DNA of 64,000 nt, from positions 64,001-128,000 of IMG/VR virus record IMGVR_UViG_3300046170_000494. The stretch is one strand, 5' to 3'. How positions within the stretch are numbered: the first letter of the stretch is position 1; each line of letters begins with the position of its first letter. Both the position numbers and the translations under genes were made by a program. Positions 35,810-45,497 of the stretch are shown one piece after another. The stretch is from a virus. The notes under the pieces were generated by a model. It saw nothing but the letters and a program-made list of their open reading frames with translations. It did not search any database and had not been told where the DNA came from.

Positions 35810-38770
35810 TTAATTTTCCGAAATTACAAAACTTGCTGGATTAGATGTTGAGGTATTTGCTGATCTGTTTAGTTTGTCTAAATTAAAAACAAAGCTCCCA
35901 TCTGAATCTGTGAGTCCGCTTGAGTTACATATTGTAAATTTATTATTTACATCGTAAGAATTGTCCAGCTGTATGCCATCAGAGTAAGATTGATAGGTAT
36001 ATATTGTTCCTCCGTTTGGAGCCGTACCTCCTTCAGAGACATTTTCAAAAGTTACGCTGCTAGTATTTGAGACAGTGGTTCCTATGTCAGCTAAACCTGC
36101 CCCTAAGCTATTTGGGGAGGCATTAATTGTTCTAGAGGAAAATCCTGCAAGCGTATAATTTGGGTTAGTTGAAATTGAATTTGTTGTAATTCCTGCTAAA
36201 TTAGTTGCGGTAATACTCCATGAGAAAGTTCCTTTTGTATTAGAATCTGAAACTGTAATTGTATAAGAATTACTCGTCTCTCCTGTTCCCGAACTATTGA
36301 TGACAAGAACAGGCTGATTGCTTTGAGATGAATCAAGACTTAGAGTTGGGCTATTCAGCATTAGCTGCGAACTTTGAAGATAAAATTGATCTGATATTCC
36401 TGATGGTGAGCTTGATAATTTTGAAGCTAAATTATTTATTGATAAAGTCAGTGGTGTGTTTGCTATATTTACTATATCTTGACGTTCGATAGTTATACCG
36501 TTTGATGTTTTCGTTCCTGATAAGATGAAATTATTAACAGATATATTATATGAACCGCCTAATCTAAAAACCTCTTTTTTAACTAAAGCGTATCCGTTTG
36601 AACTAAGCTGGGGTGTAGTATTAATGCTTACGGTTTGCGTACTACCCGAAGTAGGTTGTAACCCGCTATGATTTAAGTTTACGCCAGATGAAGCCACTGC
36701 AGATAAGTTTGGCTGACTGTTAATAAAATTTATAATTGGCCCATTATAAGGCCATCCATTTTGGCGCTTTGGATAATTAACTATAAGTGTAGTACCAGAG
36801 GTAGAAATAGATGCAGTACCTCCGTAATTTATGATGTTCAACCTAAGATGTGTATAAGCTCCTGCATAAGGCCCAGTCATAGTAACCCTTACATATCCTC
36901 CAGGTTGATTTAATAACTGCCTAACTACCCAATTTCCATAATATTCTAATTCATTATCAAATTGACTATTGGTAGAGAAGTTTAATTCACCAGATCCACC
37001 TAAATTGTTATCATCTATATAAAGAGTGTCTACGTTATTTTTTTCGAAATTGATAGTGGCAGATTCAGAATTTTTTAATGCACTTTGATTAATCGGGTAA
37101 TCTATTCCTAACAAGTTTAAATACGGTACTGATCCGTTATTTAATGTGGCAGTATCTGATGTTGTGAACTTATCGCTCAGTGTTCCAAAATTATTTCTTG
37201 CAATAAATGCTGCAGGTTGACTTCCGTCTCTGGTCGAAGATCCTATTGAACCGTATACATTAATAGGAACTGTAAATTTATAGCTTCCGTCTGAAAGAGT
37301 TGTCTTCGAGTAGCTTGAGGAGTAAGAAGTTTGTGATCCGTTAGATACACCTTCACTTCTAACTGAAAGAGAAATATTGTTTATCGATGTACCTTTACCA
37401 TCTATAAAGATTTCGGATTGCACAGTGTCTCCAGCTTTAATTTCAGAAGTACCAATTGAATGCGGAGAAGTAGCTGAGGAAGCTATTGACTGTAAGGAGG
37501 CTCCAGTTATTTGCGGCCCGTTTGCAATTTTAACTTTTATACTATCTGTGTCTGTTGCTCCGTTTGAAGTTTTAGAAGCAGAAATTGTTATATTGTTTGA
37601 ATTATTGTATATTCCTTGTACGTAATCTACTGTTTTTACCGATTGAAAAACTGCAGGATCGGTGATTGAAATATCATTACTTGTTGTATATGAAACTAAA
37701 TCAGATGAACTATTCCAATTAGATATACTATTATTAAAAGTTGTGGATTCTCCTTCTCTTAAACCATCTGTTCTACCATTATATGAAGTTGGATTACTTG
37801 CAGATATTGATGGATAAATTTGATCTACATCTCTAGTTCCACTACCGTGAACAAAAACTTCAGATGATATTGCATCTCCAGTTGAGCCAAAGGCGTTTAC
37901 CGCTTGTACTGCTACTCCGTGTGAACCATTGGATACATTTGAAACTGTTATTGGTATTGTGGCCGTAAATATGCCGTTTGATTCTACTAAACTGTAATTA
38001 GCGAAATTTATTTGTTGAGCTAAACCTGAGCCTAAAACTTTAATAGAACTAACATCATTTGTGTCAAAGTCTACGTATACATTTAAGGAATCTCCTTGTT
38101 TTAAATGAGTTGACCCTATGTTTTCTCCTGGTTTAGGCGTTGCGGCAGTTATTGGGTCAATTCTTATATCTACAGCTTCTGGACCTCCTCCTGCTTCGGA
38201 TAGGGGTATTATGATTGTTCTACCATTAGCTTCTCCGCTTAATTCAGTCTTGCCTTCTATATTTAAGTTATCTATAAATCCAATAAATCTTCTTGTATTA
38301 TCTCCTAGCTGCTGTATGTTTCCAAAAGGTATTTGTTGTCCTTCAATGTAAGCGGAACCCATATAGTCATCATTGGGTCCGTCCCATTGCATTTCAACCC
38401 TTAAATCTTCTGCAGTAGTAACTTCTACAGAAGATAAATACAAATTTGGGTCTGGTGTGTTATAATAAGTTTTATTTGTAACGCCTATATTATCAAGTAC
38501 ATCTGAAAAGAAAACAAATTCCGCTGCTCCAGATTGTACTTGAGAGACAGATGTTCCTAAGCTAGCCACATCTACTCCATCTAGGGTTAAACCGCTGATA
38601 AAATTACCACTTAAAAATTCTACTGAATCTTGCGTGGTTAAATTTTGATCCATTGAGAACTCTAAATCCCCAATAAAAAGATTGTCGAAATATCCTGTAG
38701 CCCAAGGCTTACCTAATCGACCTACTCCACCTTCTCCGCTATTTCTTGGAACTAAATTTCTTGTAGCCAT
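35810..38770 (-). CDS. Ser/Thr/Asn-rich beta-structured putative virion protein
   Basis: 986 aa; fibre-like N-terminus (NLVPR...GRLGKPW); low charge, Ig-like strand pattern. Confidence 0.55.
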   Translation of the reverse strand: MATRNLVPRNSGEGGVGRLGKPWATGYFDNLFIGDLEFSMDQNLTTQDSVEFLSGNFISGLTLDGVDVASLGTSVSQVQSGAAEFVFFSDVLDNIGVTNKTYYNTPDPNLYLSSVEVTTAEDLRVEMQWDGPNDDYMGSAYIEGQQIPFGNIQQLGDNTRRFIGFIDNLNIEGKTELSGEANGRTIIIPLSEAGGGPEAVDIRIDPITAATPKPGENIGSTHLKQGDSLNVYVDFDTNDVSSIKVLGSGLAQQINFANYSLVESNGIFTATIPITVSNVSNGSHGVAVQAVNAFGSTGDAISSEVFVHGSGTRDVDQIYPSISASNPTSYNGRTDGLREGESTTFNNSISNWNSSSDLVSYTTSNDISITDPAVFQSVKTVDYVQGIYNNSNNITISASKTSNGATDTDSIKVKIANGPQITGASLQSIASSATSPHSIGTSEIKAGDTVQSEIFIDGKGTSINNISLSVRSEGVSNGSQTSYSSSYSKTTLSDGSYKFTVPINVYGSIGSSTRDGSQPAAFIARNNFGTLSDKFTTSDTATLNNGSVPYLNLLGIDYPINQSALKNSESATINFEKNNVDTLYIDDNNLGGSGELNFSTNSQFDNELEYYGNWVVRQLLNQPGGYVRVTMTGPYAGAYTHLRLNIINYGGTASISTSGTTLIVNYPKRQNGWPYNGPIINFINSQPNLSAVASSGVNLNHSGLQPTSGSTQTVSINTTPQLSSNGYALVKKEVFRLGGSYNISVNNFILSGTKTSNGITIERQDIVNIANTPLTLSINNLASKLSSSPSGISDQFYLQSSQLMLNSPTLSLDSSQSNQPVLVINSSGTGETSNSYTITVSDSNTKGTFSWSITATNLAGITTNSISTNPNYTLAGFSSRTINASPNSLGAGLADIGTTVSNTSSVTFENVSEGGTAPNGGTIYTYQSYSDGIQLDNSYDVNNKFTICNSSGLTDSDGSFVFNLDKLNRSANTSTSNPASFVISEN

Positions 38771-38779
38771 TACTTATAT

Positions 38780-38784
38780 TACAC
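38780..38784 (-). promoter_or_regulatory. GTGTA promoter motif
   Basis: GTGTA-N9-ATG (38770). Confidence 0.6.
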
Positions 38785-38792
38785 AAATTATA

Positions 38793-41700
38793 CTAAAATG
38801 ATATATCATCTGTAAATGCTTCCGGTCCGGTATTATATCTCCAGATATTAGCTCTTAATTCTATATCAGTTTCATTCTTTAATATCCACATCGTATCAGA
38901 TATTTCTTTTTCGTTACTTGGTATAATATCTCCATTTTCATCTATTTCAAAAGCTTCTTTTAAGTCGTATCTATCTACTGATCCAGTTATGGAGCCGGAT
39001 ATATCACTAGCTTTTATTTCGTCGGTTAAAATTAAAGATTTTTCGTCGTCGGAAACTTTTAAAAATTTACCACTACCACTAATGAATGAAGTGGGGGTGT
39101 CAAGTAAATCTAAAAAGTTTGAAGCTCCGGCAGTATTAACTTTCCTTTCTAAATTTAAGTATGTATCATTTGGATTAGATGATATAGAGAATTGTCCTGT
39201 ATCTGTAGAAAAATGTTCTATTTCTGCCACGATGTAATCGTCGTGAGTTAAAAAAACGTTTTTGATATTAACTTGAGGTTTTAGTATTGATGAATATGCT
39301 GAATTATACTCTTCGACTAATTCACTATCTTGTTTAAATCTTATATCCGAACCTAGATAAGTTGTTTGATTTGTAGATATATTTTTCTTATATATATTAG
39401 CGGTAGATTTAAGTATTGATCCTAAGTTTTGGTCTTCTTTATAAGTCCATTCAAAATCTATATCATAGAATGCTGAATCGCTAGCTCTTAGAGTATTATA
39501 CTGTCCTTCGTATAGCCAATTTTTTGAGCCCGAAGATAATTGTCCATTAAAATTTAATATTGTGCCTGATTGATTATTAATGAATTGACCGTCTAATATT
39601 GATGCTTTTGAAAATATACTTCCCGAAGCTTCTACTACTTCGGAGTATTCTATTGAAGTGCCTTCTTTGGATACCCTAAGATATTTTCCTGCGCCATCTT
39701 CTATTCTTTCTGGAGTGTCAAGTAACTGCTCAAAAGTAAAAACTCCGCTTGCTGGAGAATTCTTTTTTTCTATATTTATGTATGTGTCAAATTCCTCTGT
39801 AGATATTTTGTATAATTTTCCTGTATTAGCTGAATAATGACTGGCTACTGCGTATATTTCTTCTTCAGGGGTAAGGAATACATTTTTAATGTTAATTACT
39901 GGATTTAATGCTGAAGAATATGCTCCGCTATACTCTTCGATAAATGCCGCATCTGTTTTGAATTTAACATCGGTTCCTAATATTTCTTGAAAATTTGTTA
40001 ATTTGTTAACTTTGTATACGAGGCTATTAGAGCTTAAAATATCTCCTACATATTCCCCAGAGTTATATTTCCAACTAAAATCAATATCATAATAGCCTTG
40101 TTCTTCTACGTTAAATGTGTTTCTGGAGTTATCTTCACTTAAAGATCTCCAGTCATAAGATCCTTCAGATAATTGCCCTGTAAAATTAATATTAAGTTGA
40201 TTCGCATTACTTAAATATTGCTCTCCAGACGCAAAAGCTTTGCAAAATATAGCAGCTTCGTTTGACGCTGTAACGTGTCCAGATATAACTATACCAGAAC
40301 TAAAGTCTATGCTTGATAATGAACCTTCTAATTCATCTAACCTTTCTTCTACATCAAAGCCGTTTAAATTTAAATTATCAAATATTCCTGCACTGGATAC
40401 AAAGTTTACTCCAGATAGTTCAGAGAATAATCCTGTAGATAGCTCTAGATTCTGAATCAATCCTGATTCAGTAATAAAGTTTACTCCAGATAGTTCAGAG
40501 AATAATCCTGTAGATAGCTCTAGATTCTGAATCAATCCTGATTCAGTAATAAAGTTTACTCCAGATAGTTCAGAGAATAATCCTGTAGATAGCTCTAGAT
40601 TCTGAATCAATCCTGATTCAGTAATAAAGTTTACTCCAGATAGTTCAGAGAATAATCCTGTAGATAGCTCTAGATTCTGAATCAATCCTGATTCAGTAAT
40701 AAAGTTTACCCCAGATAGTTCAGAGAATAATCCTGTAGATAGCTCTAGATTCTGAATCAATCCTGATTCAGTAATAAAGTTTACTCCAGATAGTTCAGAG
40801 AATAATCCTGTAGATAGCTCTAGATTCTGAATCAATCCTGATTCAGTAATAAAGTTTACTCCAGATAGTTCAGAGAATAATCCTGTAGATAGCTCTAGAT
40901 TCTGAATCAATCCTGATTCAGTAATAAAGTTTACTCCAGATAGTTCAGAGAATAATCCTGTAGATAGCTCTAGATTCTGAATCAATCCTGATTCAGTAAT
41001 AAAGTTTACCCCAGATAGTTCAGAGAATAATCCTGTAGATAGCTCTAGATTCTGAATCAATCCTGATTCAGTAATAAAGTTTACTCCAGATAGTTCAGAG
41101 AATAATCCTGTAGATAGCTCTAGATTCTGAATCAATCCTGATTCAGTAATAAAGTTTACTCCAGATAGTTCAGAGAATAATCCTGTAGATAGCTCTAGAT
41201 TCTGAATCAATCCTGATTCAGTAATAAAGTTTACTCCAGATAGTTCAGAGAATAATCCTGTAGATAGCTCTAGATTCTGAATCAATCCTGATTCAGTAAT
41301 AAAGTTTACCCCAGATAGTTCAGAGAATAATCCTGTAGATAGCTCTAGATTCTGAATCAATCCTGATTCAGTAATAAAGTTTACTCCAGATAGTTCAGAG
41401 AATAATCCTGTAGATAGCTCTAGATTCTGAATCAATCCTGATTCAGTAATAAAGTTTACTCCAGATAGTTCAGAGAATAATCCTGTAGATAGCTCTAGAT
41501 TCTGAATCAATCCTGATTCAGTAATAAAGTTTACTCCAGATAGTTCAGAGAATAATCCTGTAGATAGCTCTAGATTCTGAATTAATCCTGATTCAGTAAT
41601 GAAGTTTAATCCAGATAGTTCAGAGAATAATCCTGTAGATAGCTCTAGATTCTGAATCAATCCTGATTCGCCAATTAAGCTTACTCCAGATAGTTCAGAG

Positions 41701-41858
41701 AATAATCCTAGATTTACATTTAATTTTTTTACTGTAATTTCATCTACAGCAATACGATGTCCATCTATTTCTACTAGCGGATCATTAGTGTTTGGTCCTA
41801 TTACATATTGATCTAAACCAATTTTCCTTACCGGCTTTTTTATTTCAAAAAAATCCAT
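38793..41858 (-). CDS. Fibre-like protein with 25-aa tandem repeats, duplicated C-terminal domains and LDTP linkers
   Basis: (SGLIQNLELSTGLFSELSGVNFITE)n; two related NF.GQLS.GS..W domains, each followed by LLDTP...GK.L.VS. Confidence 0.65.
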   Translation of the reverse strand: MDFFEIKKPVRKIGLDQYVIGPNTNDPLVEIDGHRIAVDEITVKKLNVNLGLFSELSGVSLIGESGLIQNLELSTGLFSELSGLNFITESGLIQNLELSTGLFSELSGVNFITESGLIQNLELSTGLFSELSGVNFITESGLIQNLELSTGLFSELSGVNFITESGLIQNLELSTGLFSELSGVNFITESGLIQNLELSTGLFSELSGVNFITESGLIQNLELSTGLFSELSGVNFITESGLIQNLELSTGLFSELSGVNFITESGLIQNLELSTGLFSELSGVNFITESGLIQNLELSTGLFSELSGVNFITESGLIQNLELSTGLFSELSGVNFITESGLIQNLELSTGLFSELSGVNFITESGLIQNLELSTGLFSELSGVNFITESGLIQNLELSTGLFSELSGVNFITESGLIQNLELSTGLFSELSGVNFITESGLIQNLELSTGLFSELSGVNFITESGLIQNLELSTGLFSELSGVNFVSSAGIFDNLNLNGFDVEERLDELEGSLSSIDFSSGIVISGHVTASNEAAIFCKAFASGEQYLSNANQLNINFTGQLSEGSYDWRSLSEDNSRNTFNVEEQGYYDIDFSWKYNSGEYVGDILSSNSLVYKVNKLTNFQEILGTDVKFKTDAAFIEEYSGAYSSALNPVINIKNVFLTPEEEIYAVASHYSANTGKLYKISTEEFDTYINIEKKNSPASGVFTFEQLLDTPERIEDGAGKYLRVSKEGTSIEYSEVVEASGSIFSKASILDGQFINNQSGTILNFNGQLSSGSKNWLYEGQYNTLRASDSAFYDIDFEWTYKEDQNLGSILKSTANIYKKNISTNQTTYLGSDIRFKQDSELVEEYNSAYSSILKPQVNIKNVFLTHDDYIVAEIEHFSTDTGQFSISSNPNDTYLNLERKVNTAGASNFLDLLDTPTSFISGSGKFLKVSDDEKSLILTDEIKASDISGSITGSVDRYDLKEAFEIDENGDIIPSNEKEISDTMWILKNETDIELRANIWRYNTGPEAFTDDISF
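40411..41708 (-). repeat. 75-bp near-perfect tandem repeat, 17 full units plus a partial unit
   Basis: Anchor CCAGATAGTTCAGAGAATAATCC recurs every 75 bp from 40411 to 41686. Confidence 0.97.
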
Positions 41859-41860
41859 TA

Positions 41861-43693
41861 TTACTTAAAATTATCGTAAAACCCTGTTTCTTTATAAACT
41901 ATTGAATATTTTACTGTATAACCTGATATAGTATGAGGTCTTTTCACAAAAACTCTTCCAGCTTCATCACTGTCAATTTTGACCGCCATGTCTGTGTCTA
42001 GATATATTAGATCATCCGTTTTCGGTGAGACTGGTTCTGTGTTATTTTTTCTTCTTTCTGCAGTATGGAACTGTATAGGATAAGGGGATTCATTATATAT
42101 AACTACATGGTCTACTAAGCCTCTTTCATATAAATCATTAAAGTCGTCTAATTCATAAGAATTAATTAAACTTGCAGATTTATTTTCTTGACGAAGACTA
42201 AATAAAGTGTCACTATGGAAAGTTGCATAGGATTCGCTGCATCTATCTGGATCTGTATATTCTGAATGAATAAAATAATTAGGATGACCTGTTTCGAGCA
42301 TACTCTTGTTCAATCTTCCATTTGAAAAATAATTTCCAAAAACGTCATCCATTAAATTTTTATCTTGACCGAAGCACTCTCCTGAAACTATACCATATCT
42401 TAAATCATCTGGAATGTTTTCCATTAGAATAAAATCTTCTTCTATTTTTTGGGAGACAGTTTTAGTTCTTAGTTTCCATGGTTGGTATAATTCTCTTTTC
42501 TGAGCTTGATCTAATTTAGATAATTTACCAGATATTCCTGAAAGCAATCTATGAGTTTCTTCATCTTCTATATCTATGTTTGAAAATTCTCCAGATATTC
42601 CTGAAAGCAATCTATGGGTTTCTTCATCTTCTATATCTATGTTTGAAAATTCTCCAGATATTCCTGAAAGTATTCTGTTTGTTTCTTTATTATCCAGGTT
42701 TACATCTAGATCAGAAAGTTCCCCTGAGATACCAGAGAGTAATCTATTTGTTTCTTCACTATCTAGGCTTACCTCTAGATCAGAAAGTTCTCCTGAGATC
42801 CCAGAGAGTAATCTATTTGTTTCTTCACTATCTAGGCTTACCTCTAGATCAGAAAGTTCTCCTGAGATACCAGAAAGCAATCTATTTGTTTCTTCACTAT
42901 CTAAGCTTACCTCTAGATCAGAAAGTTCTCCTGAGATACCAGAAAGTAATCTATTTGTTTCTTCACTATCTAGGCTTACCTCTAGATCAGAAAGTTCTCC
43001 TGAGATACCAGAAAGCAATCTATTTGTTTCTTCAGTATCGATATTTATATCTAGCGAAGATAATTCTCCTGAAATACCAGAGAGTAACCTGTGAGCTTCT
43101 AAATCTTCGGTATCTAAACTAGATAATTCCCCTGAAATACCAGAGAGTAACCTGTGAGTTTCTAAATCTTCGGTATCTAAACTAGATAATTCCCCTGAAA
43201 TACCAGAGAGTAACCTGTGAGTTTCTAAATCTTCGGTATCTAAACTAGATAATTCCCCTGAAATGCCAGAGAGTAACCTGTGGGTATCTATGTCGCTATC
43301 TATAGATACATCAACTTGGATTCCAGATAAATTTTTATTAATTAATTCTAGTAAATTATTTACATCTTTACTATTATCTATTTGAGCTTCATGTATGTTA
43401 GATAGTCCTGAAGTTATTCCTGATAATATATAATTTGTATCTAAAGAAATTAAATTATGAATACCTTCAGTTTTAGATGATATACTATTTAATATATCAT
43501 TTGTTGGGCCTAAATCTATGTTTAAGTCGCCAGATATATCAATATTAACTTCATCGATATTGACTGGACCTGCTGGCTCCCATCTTCCACTCTCGGAATT
43601 CCAATTGTATGAAAATGTAGGGGTAGGTGAGAGGGAGTCAAGGTTCGTTATATCTGTGTATAACGGATTGTTTTTATAATCTTCGTTAGGCAT
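41861..43693 (-). CDS. Acidic Ser-Gly repeat protein
   Basis: 12 copies of [ED][TA][HN]R[LI]LSGISG in 21- and 23-aa units. Confidence 0.7.
   Translation of the reverse strand: MPNEDYKNNPLYTDITNLDSLSPTPTFSYNWNSESGRWEPAGPVNIDEVNIDISGDLNIDLGPTNDILNSISSKTEGIHNLISLDTNYILSGITSGLSNIHEAQIDNSKDVNNLLELINKNLSGIQVDVSIDSDIDTHRLLSGISGELSSLDTEDLETHRLLSGISGELSSLDTEDLETHRLLSGISGELSSLDTEDLEAHRLLSGISGELSSLDINIDTEETNRLLSGISGELSDLEVSLDSEETNRLLSGISGELSDLEVSLDSEETNRLLSGISGELSDLEVSLDSEETNRLLSGISGELSDLEVSLDSEETNRLLSGISGELSDLDVNLDNKETNRILSGISGEFSNIDIEDEETHRLLSGISGEFSNIDIEDEETHRLLSGISGKLSKLDQAQKRELYQPWKLRTKTVSQKIEEDFILMENIPDDLRYGIVSGECFGQDKNLMDDVFGNYFSNGRLNKSMLETGHPNYFIHSEYTDPDRCSESYATFHSDTLFSLRQENKSASLINSYELDDFNDLYERGLVDHVVIYNESPYPIQFHTAERRKNNTEPVSPKTDDLIYLDTDMAVKIDSDEAGRVFVKRPHTISGYTVKYSIVYKETGFYDNFK
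42509..43288 (-). repeat. 63/69-bp tandem repeats encoding RLLSGISGE
   Basis: 12 units in blocks of 21-aa, 23-aa and 21-aa types. Confidence 0.93.
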
Positions 43694-43703
43694 ACGAAGA
43701 TAT

Positions 43704-43708
43704 TACAC
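43704..43708 (-). promoter_or_regulatory. GTGTA promoter motif
   Basis: GTGTA-N10-ATG (43693). Confidence 0.6.
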
Positions 43709-43714
43709 TTTTTT

Positions 43715-44059
43715 TTAATCCCTATCTAAGTGATGCTTTATGCCGTTTCTTTTTTTACTATATTCCTTGAAATATTTTTGCCTAACAGGGTCGTATCCGA
43801 GTTTATCTTTTCTTTTTTGACTAAGCTCTCTACTTTGATCTATTAAGTCTCCGTAGGAACCTTTTTGGTTTGAAGTTTTTTCTATAAAAGCTTTATTATC
43901 AAAAGGATCTGTACTGGAATCGATTTTTGCTTGAGGGATATTCCACACTCTTTTCCATTTTACGCTTTTTTCATCTACAAAAACATGATCTTCATTCATT
44001 CCTTGTATTAAGTCTATCGTCTCCCCTGTTTCTGGGTGTTCGTATGTATATAGTGGCAT
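43715..44059 (-). CDS. FmdB-like ribbon protein lacking the Cys ligands
   Basis: MPLYTYEHPETGETI (cf. MPxYxYxCxxCG). Confidence 0.55.
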   Translation of the reverse strand: MPLYTYEHPETGETIDLIQGMNEDHVFVDEKSVKWKRVWNIPQAKIDSSTDPFDNKAFIEKTSNQKGSYGDLIDQSRELSQKRKDKLGYDPVRQKYFKEYSKKRNGIKHHLDRD

Positions 44060-45114
44060 TATTCTAATATCCTATCTAAAGTATTTTTATATGTAAATTT
44101 ATCTTTTAGTTTTTCTCCCTCTGTATTTAATGATTTACATTTTGATTCAGCTAGATTCATTGCTTCTATAAACTCTTCTTCATTGAATGTATATATGTGC
44201 CCTTGATTAAAATCAGAACCTTTTTTGAAAAATATATTATCATATACTTCTTCTTTGCCGTCAGGCTCTATTAAAATAGAGTTGTCTTTGTTTGCCCAAT
44301 CTTTATGGCTGGTTGAGTTTAACACTATACTCCATTTGCCTAAGCATGTTGCATTGAAGGAAGGTAGATTCCAGCCTTCAGCACCACTCATTCCCCCCAA
44401 GTCAATATCTATTGAATTAAGAAAATCATTTACTTGCGAGTTTTTAGGTAAAAACGGTAGGAAGTTAATGTTTCCGTAGCTTTTGCCTTCAAGAATATTC
44501 CTGATGGAGGCCTCCATTTGATCTTTCTTGAAAAAGGGGTTTGTGATGCAACATGTTAACTGGTAATTATAGTTGTTGCCATATTTCTTTATCCATGCTC
44601 TAATTATTTTTTGAGTATGTTTCCTTTTCTCTAATTTGCCCATCAAACCAAAATGGATTTTATTATTTAAATATTCTTTTCCTGTTTTATGAAATGAAGT
44701 ATCGAATCCTAAGGGGGCGAAATGACTTTCATTAAAATGCGATTTAGCAAAAGAACTGCTAAATACTAATTTATCTTGAAGTTCTGCTATTCTGCTCTCG
44801 GCTTCTGTCGGTGAATCTAATTCGTAAAAAGTATAAAGTATTTGCCTTTTTGTTATTCTATTCTCTGCCCCATTTAGGTGCCACATTTGTAATGTAGTTG
44901 AATTTTTATCTAGTTTACTATATCTTGAGTTAACTCCATCCTCAATCCACTTCTTGAAGCTTTGGTCTTGAACCTGAAAAGAGCTTACATCTATATTTCC
45001 TGTGGGGAAGATGGACACATCATAATTTTCATTATACAATTCTTTTAGTAGATTAAATGATACATTACCGAAAGATAATGAATTTAGTGGGCCTTTGAAT
45101 ATAATTTTTTTCAT
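44059..45114 (-). CDS. Glycosyltransferase, GT4-like
   Basis: GLMGKLEKRK, EGWNLPSFNATCLGK. Confidence 0.78.
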   Translation of the reverse strand: MKKIIFKGPLNSLSFGNVSFNLLKELYNENYDVSIFPTGNIDVSSFQVQDQSFKKWIEDGVNSRYSKLDKNSTTLQMWHLNGAENRITKRQILYTFYELDSPTEAESRIAELQDKLVFSSSFAKSHFNESHFAPLGFDTSFHKTGKEYLNNKIHFGLMGKLEKRKHTQKIIRAWIKKYGNNYNYQLTCCITNPFFKKDQMEASIRNILEGKSYGNINFLPFLPKNSQVNDFLNSIDIDLGGMSGAEGWNLPSFNATCLGKWSIVLNSTSHKDWANKDNSILIEPDGKEEVYDNIFFKKGSDFNQGHIYTFNEEEFIEAMNLAESKCKSLNTEGEKLKDKFTYKNTLDRILE

Positions 45115-45497
45115 TAAAAAGGGATATCTGAGAATTCGTCTTCTTCTTCTTGTGTGTCGTTTTCTTTTTCTGAAGGATTATCGTTAGAACTCTCATTATT
45201 TCCACTTAAAAAAGTAACTATATCTGCAATGCAGAAAATTTTGTTTCTAGTTTGCCCTTCTGAGTTTTTCCATGAATTTAAGTGAAGCCTTCCGTCTACC
45301 ATTACTTTCCTGCCTTTACTAAGAAATTTTGCGCAATTATCCGCAGTTTTATTCCATGCCTCTACGTCCATATATAGAACATTATCTGATGGTCTGTTAT
45401 TTATGGCTATAGTGAATACGCAAACCTTCTTTCCGGTTTTAGTTTCTTTTACCTCTGGATCTTTTGTTAAGTTACCTAATCCTATAAATCTATTCAA
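45114..45497 (-). CDS. ssb: Single-stranded DNA-binding protein
   Basis: GNLTKDPE, AWNKTA, KGRKVMVDGRL; acidic tail DIPF. Confidence 0.93.
   Translation of the reverse strand: MNRFIGLGNLTKDPEVKETKTGKKVCVFTIAINNRPSDNVLYMDVEAWNKTADNCAKFLSKGRKVMVDGRLHLNSWKNSEGQTRNKIFCIADIVTFLSGNNESSNDNPSEKENDTQEEEDEFSDIPF

Noticed and set aside
40411-41708. 75-bp array as a CRISPR array
   Set aside because: No unique spacers; units are contiguous, in frame within a CDS, and no cas operon is present.
42576-43122. Plus-strand ORFs of 172 and 180 aa
   Set aside because: Antisense shadows of the SGISG repeat; open only because the repeat lacks stops in those frames.
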